A stretch of DNA of 64,000 nt from Convolutriloba macropyga (Eukaryota): positions 16,430,001-16,494,000 of the forward strand of contig NC_134473.1 of assembly GCF_964194025.1 (NCBI RefSeq), given 5' to 3'. Shown here one piece after another: positions 61,813 to 64,000 of the stretch (the stretch's first letter is position 1; each line of letters opens with the position of its first letter). The position numbers and the translations under genes were made by a program. The notes under the pieces were generated by a model. It saw nothing but the letters and a program-made list of their open reading frames with translations. It was not told the DNA's origin and did not search any database.

Positions 61813-61853
61813 TTAATCATATGTTTTCAGACTACTAACAGCCTCCCTTATTT

Positions 61854-64000
61854 ATGTCCGAGCAGTCACAATTCTCAAAATGTGCAAATCATCTCAGGGG
61901 TGGAGGGGTTTGATGTTACTCGTGCGCGACTTACCAGCACGTAAAGTGTAGTGGACTCAGCGCTAGGCGAGAACACCATGCGAACTTCCGCTGCGTAAGC
62001 TGCAAAATGGAAGCAACAGTAATTTCCTCAGAGGCAAGAACTCGAAGCGGCCGATAGCCAGACATCGCAATCTTCTAGGGAAGCCTGTCCTGAAACCTGC
62101 AGTTACTGGATGAACCTCGAGGAAAGCAAAGAAGAGCTAATGGAGAACATCTACAAACAAGTTGTTCATTGGAAAGCAATCTTATTTACGCTACCAAGAA
62201 ACATGACAGGCATTAAGTTCACCGATACCTTGAATGAGATCCTGTCTACCACTTTAAATGATTCTAACGCAGAAACTGCAATGTACTGTGTAATGGTGAT
62301 GCCTCATCTCATTCTTACAAGAACAAGAACGGAGAATCACGCCTCAAACAAAACCATTCTAAGACGACTAGATCAATGGGATACTCTGTTTCTTGAAGCA
62401 AAAGCTATCCAGGAACATATGACTAGAACAAAAGCAAAAGGATCTGTTGATGAATACAAAGAATTTGATAAATACATGTCAACAGGAAAAATTTCCAATG
62501 CCATTCGAAGCCGAAAGTAGCGAAAGGTGGTGTCTTTCCTTTGTTTAACTGACAAATCTGACAAGAAAACAGTCCTTGATGTCTTACGCGAGAAACATCC
62601 GGAACCATGCAAATCAAATTTGAACTATCTAGTAAGCAATGAACATCCAAAAAGTTTGCTGTACCAGCAATCCAAATTTGAAAAACTGAATGCCTCAATG
62701 GTTAGAAAGTCTGCCATGAAGACGCATGGAAGCCATGGCCCTTCCGGTCTTGATGCCAACGAAAGGCAAAGGCTTCTGACATCCTTCAAGTCATCCTCAA
62801 CTGATCTATGCAAAAAGATTGCTAAACTAGCAATACGCATAGCTACGTCTCATTTGACTTTCCTTCTTCCATATTATTCATGTCGGTTGATAGCTCTTGA
62901 CAAATGCCCCAGTTTACGACCAATAGGAATTGAGGAAGCCATTATGCGAATTATTGGAGGAACTATTGTCAAATGTATTGAAACCGACCTCAAGATACTA
63001 GGGTGATCAGCAACTATGTGAGGTTCAAAAAGGAGGAATTGAACATGCAATCCATTCGCCGAGAGCTGCTTTCGGGCAGATTCGGAGGCGATCTTGCTTA
63101 ATGACGAAAAAAACGCTTTCACTAGTCTCAACAGTGATCTTGCCTTACGAAACATCAAAAAATTATGCCCTTTTCTCTATCATTCTATCTGTAATTCATA
63201 TCGTGAACCATCAAATTTGTTTATTAACAAACAAACAATATTCTCTCACGCAGTTACAACCCAAGGCGACCCATTGCGATGTCGATGTATGGAATTGCTA
63301 TTATCCCCATAAATGAACTTCTTGACGATCGCTCCACAGTTCAAAAATGGTATGCGGACGATGGCGACGCTGTCGGCTCTTTTGATAACTTGAAAAAGCT
63401 TTGACTCATTGAGAAAACACGGTCCTGCTTTCGGTTACCATCTTACCAAATCCCACATCATTACCAAAGAACATCTTTTTGAAAAACCACAGCAGATTTT
63501 TGTTCACGACGAAGTCGAAACACTTGACGGTTGTAGAGTACTTGGTAGGGTAATAGGTTCCGATAATGCAGAAAAGAAATTTGTAGACAGATCACTAAAA
63601 CAACAGAAATAGTTGTTAAAACAGCTGCCGCTCATGTCAATGTTTTGCCTCAAAATGTTTAAACCGTTCGCTTCATCTGTATAGCACAAATTGACCTTCT
63701 TAGCACGTACAAGAACCCAATACTGAAAAGAATGTGAGAAATCAATCAACGATGAGCTATTACCCAATCTGTTAAAGAATCCCGTCTACATTCCAAAATA
63801 CAGAGATATTTTTTCGTTGCCGTAAGAGAGGGTGGTCTGAACATCCTTAAACCTGAAGACCGCCTTAAGGAATATGAGCGATCAGTTCAGCTGTCAAGTC
63901 CCTTATCCCTATCTCTGCCCGAAGCCGAACTAAAGCAACAACAAATCATAAAAAAGGAGAAAGAGCTTGCTATCAAATCGAAGAAGACGATAATTAAGAG
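61854..64000 (+). mobile_element. Decayed CRE-clade-like non-LTR retrotransposon ORF (N-terminal PHD finger plus RT); runs off the window
   Basis: PHD: SKC...CYSCATYQHVKC...FRCVSC. RT: GPSGLDANE, CRLIALDKCPSLRPIGI, QLC.xQKGGIEHAIHS, NAFTSLN, TTQGDPL, QKWYADDG and LP.REGGL. Many stops and frameshifts. Confidence 0.88.

Overview
AT-rich, repeat-dense eukaryotic (metazoan-like) genomic DNA with GT-AG introns; the organism cannot be identified from the sequence. Four host genes are supported. (1) A spliced PTC7/PPTC7 PP2C phosphatase on + (five exons 48-23840, two introns of about 10-11.5 kb), with a candidate in-frame 75-nt retained intron and an unusual ~180-aa low-complexity C-terminal tail. 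(2) An intronless 422-aa 8-TM protein on - that looks like two PMP22/claudin tetraspan units in tandem. (3) RWDD2 on -, lying only 300 bp upstream of the 8-TM gene. (4) The last two exons of a VPS37 (ESCRT-I) gene on -. An old inverted segmental duplication left a truncated RWDD2 pseudogene on +, which is now bracketed by a ~510-bp inverted repeat of a CRE-like retroelement 3' end. Most intronic and intergenic DNA belongs to two mutually nested families of non-autonomous Helentron-like (HINE/DINE-1-type) elements. One family is modular; the other carries a ~163-bp satellite that has formed a 7-mer ~1.14-kb higher-order repeat. Also present are a 1.8-kb tandem array, decayed L2/CR1-type LINEs, a small MITE, a tRNA-derived remnant, and a decayed CRE-type retroelement preceded by SGNH-esterase and PHD domains. 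Splice-acceptor motifs sit just upstream of nearly every start codon, which suggests possible SL trans-splicing/operons. All calls were made by eye; no database searches were run.
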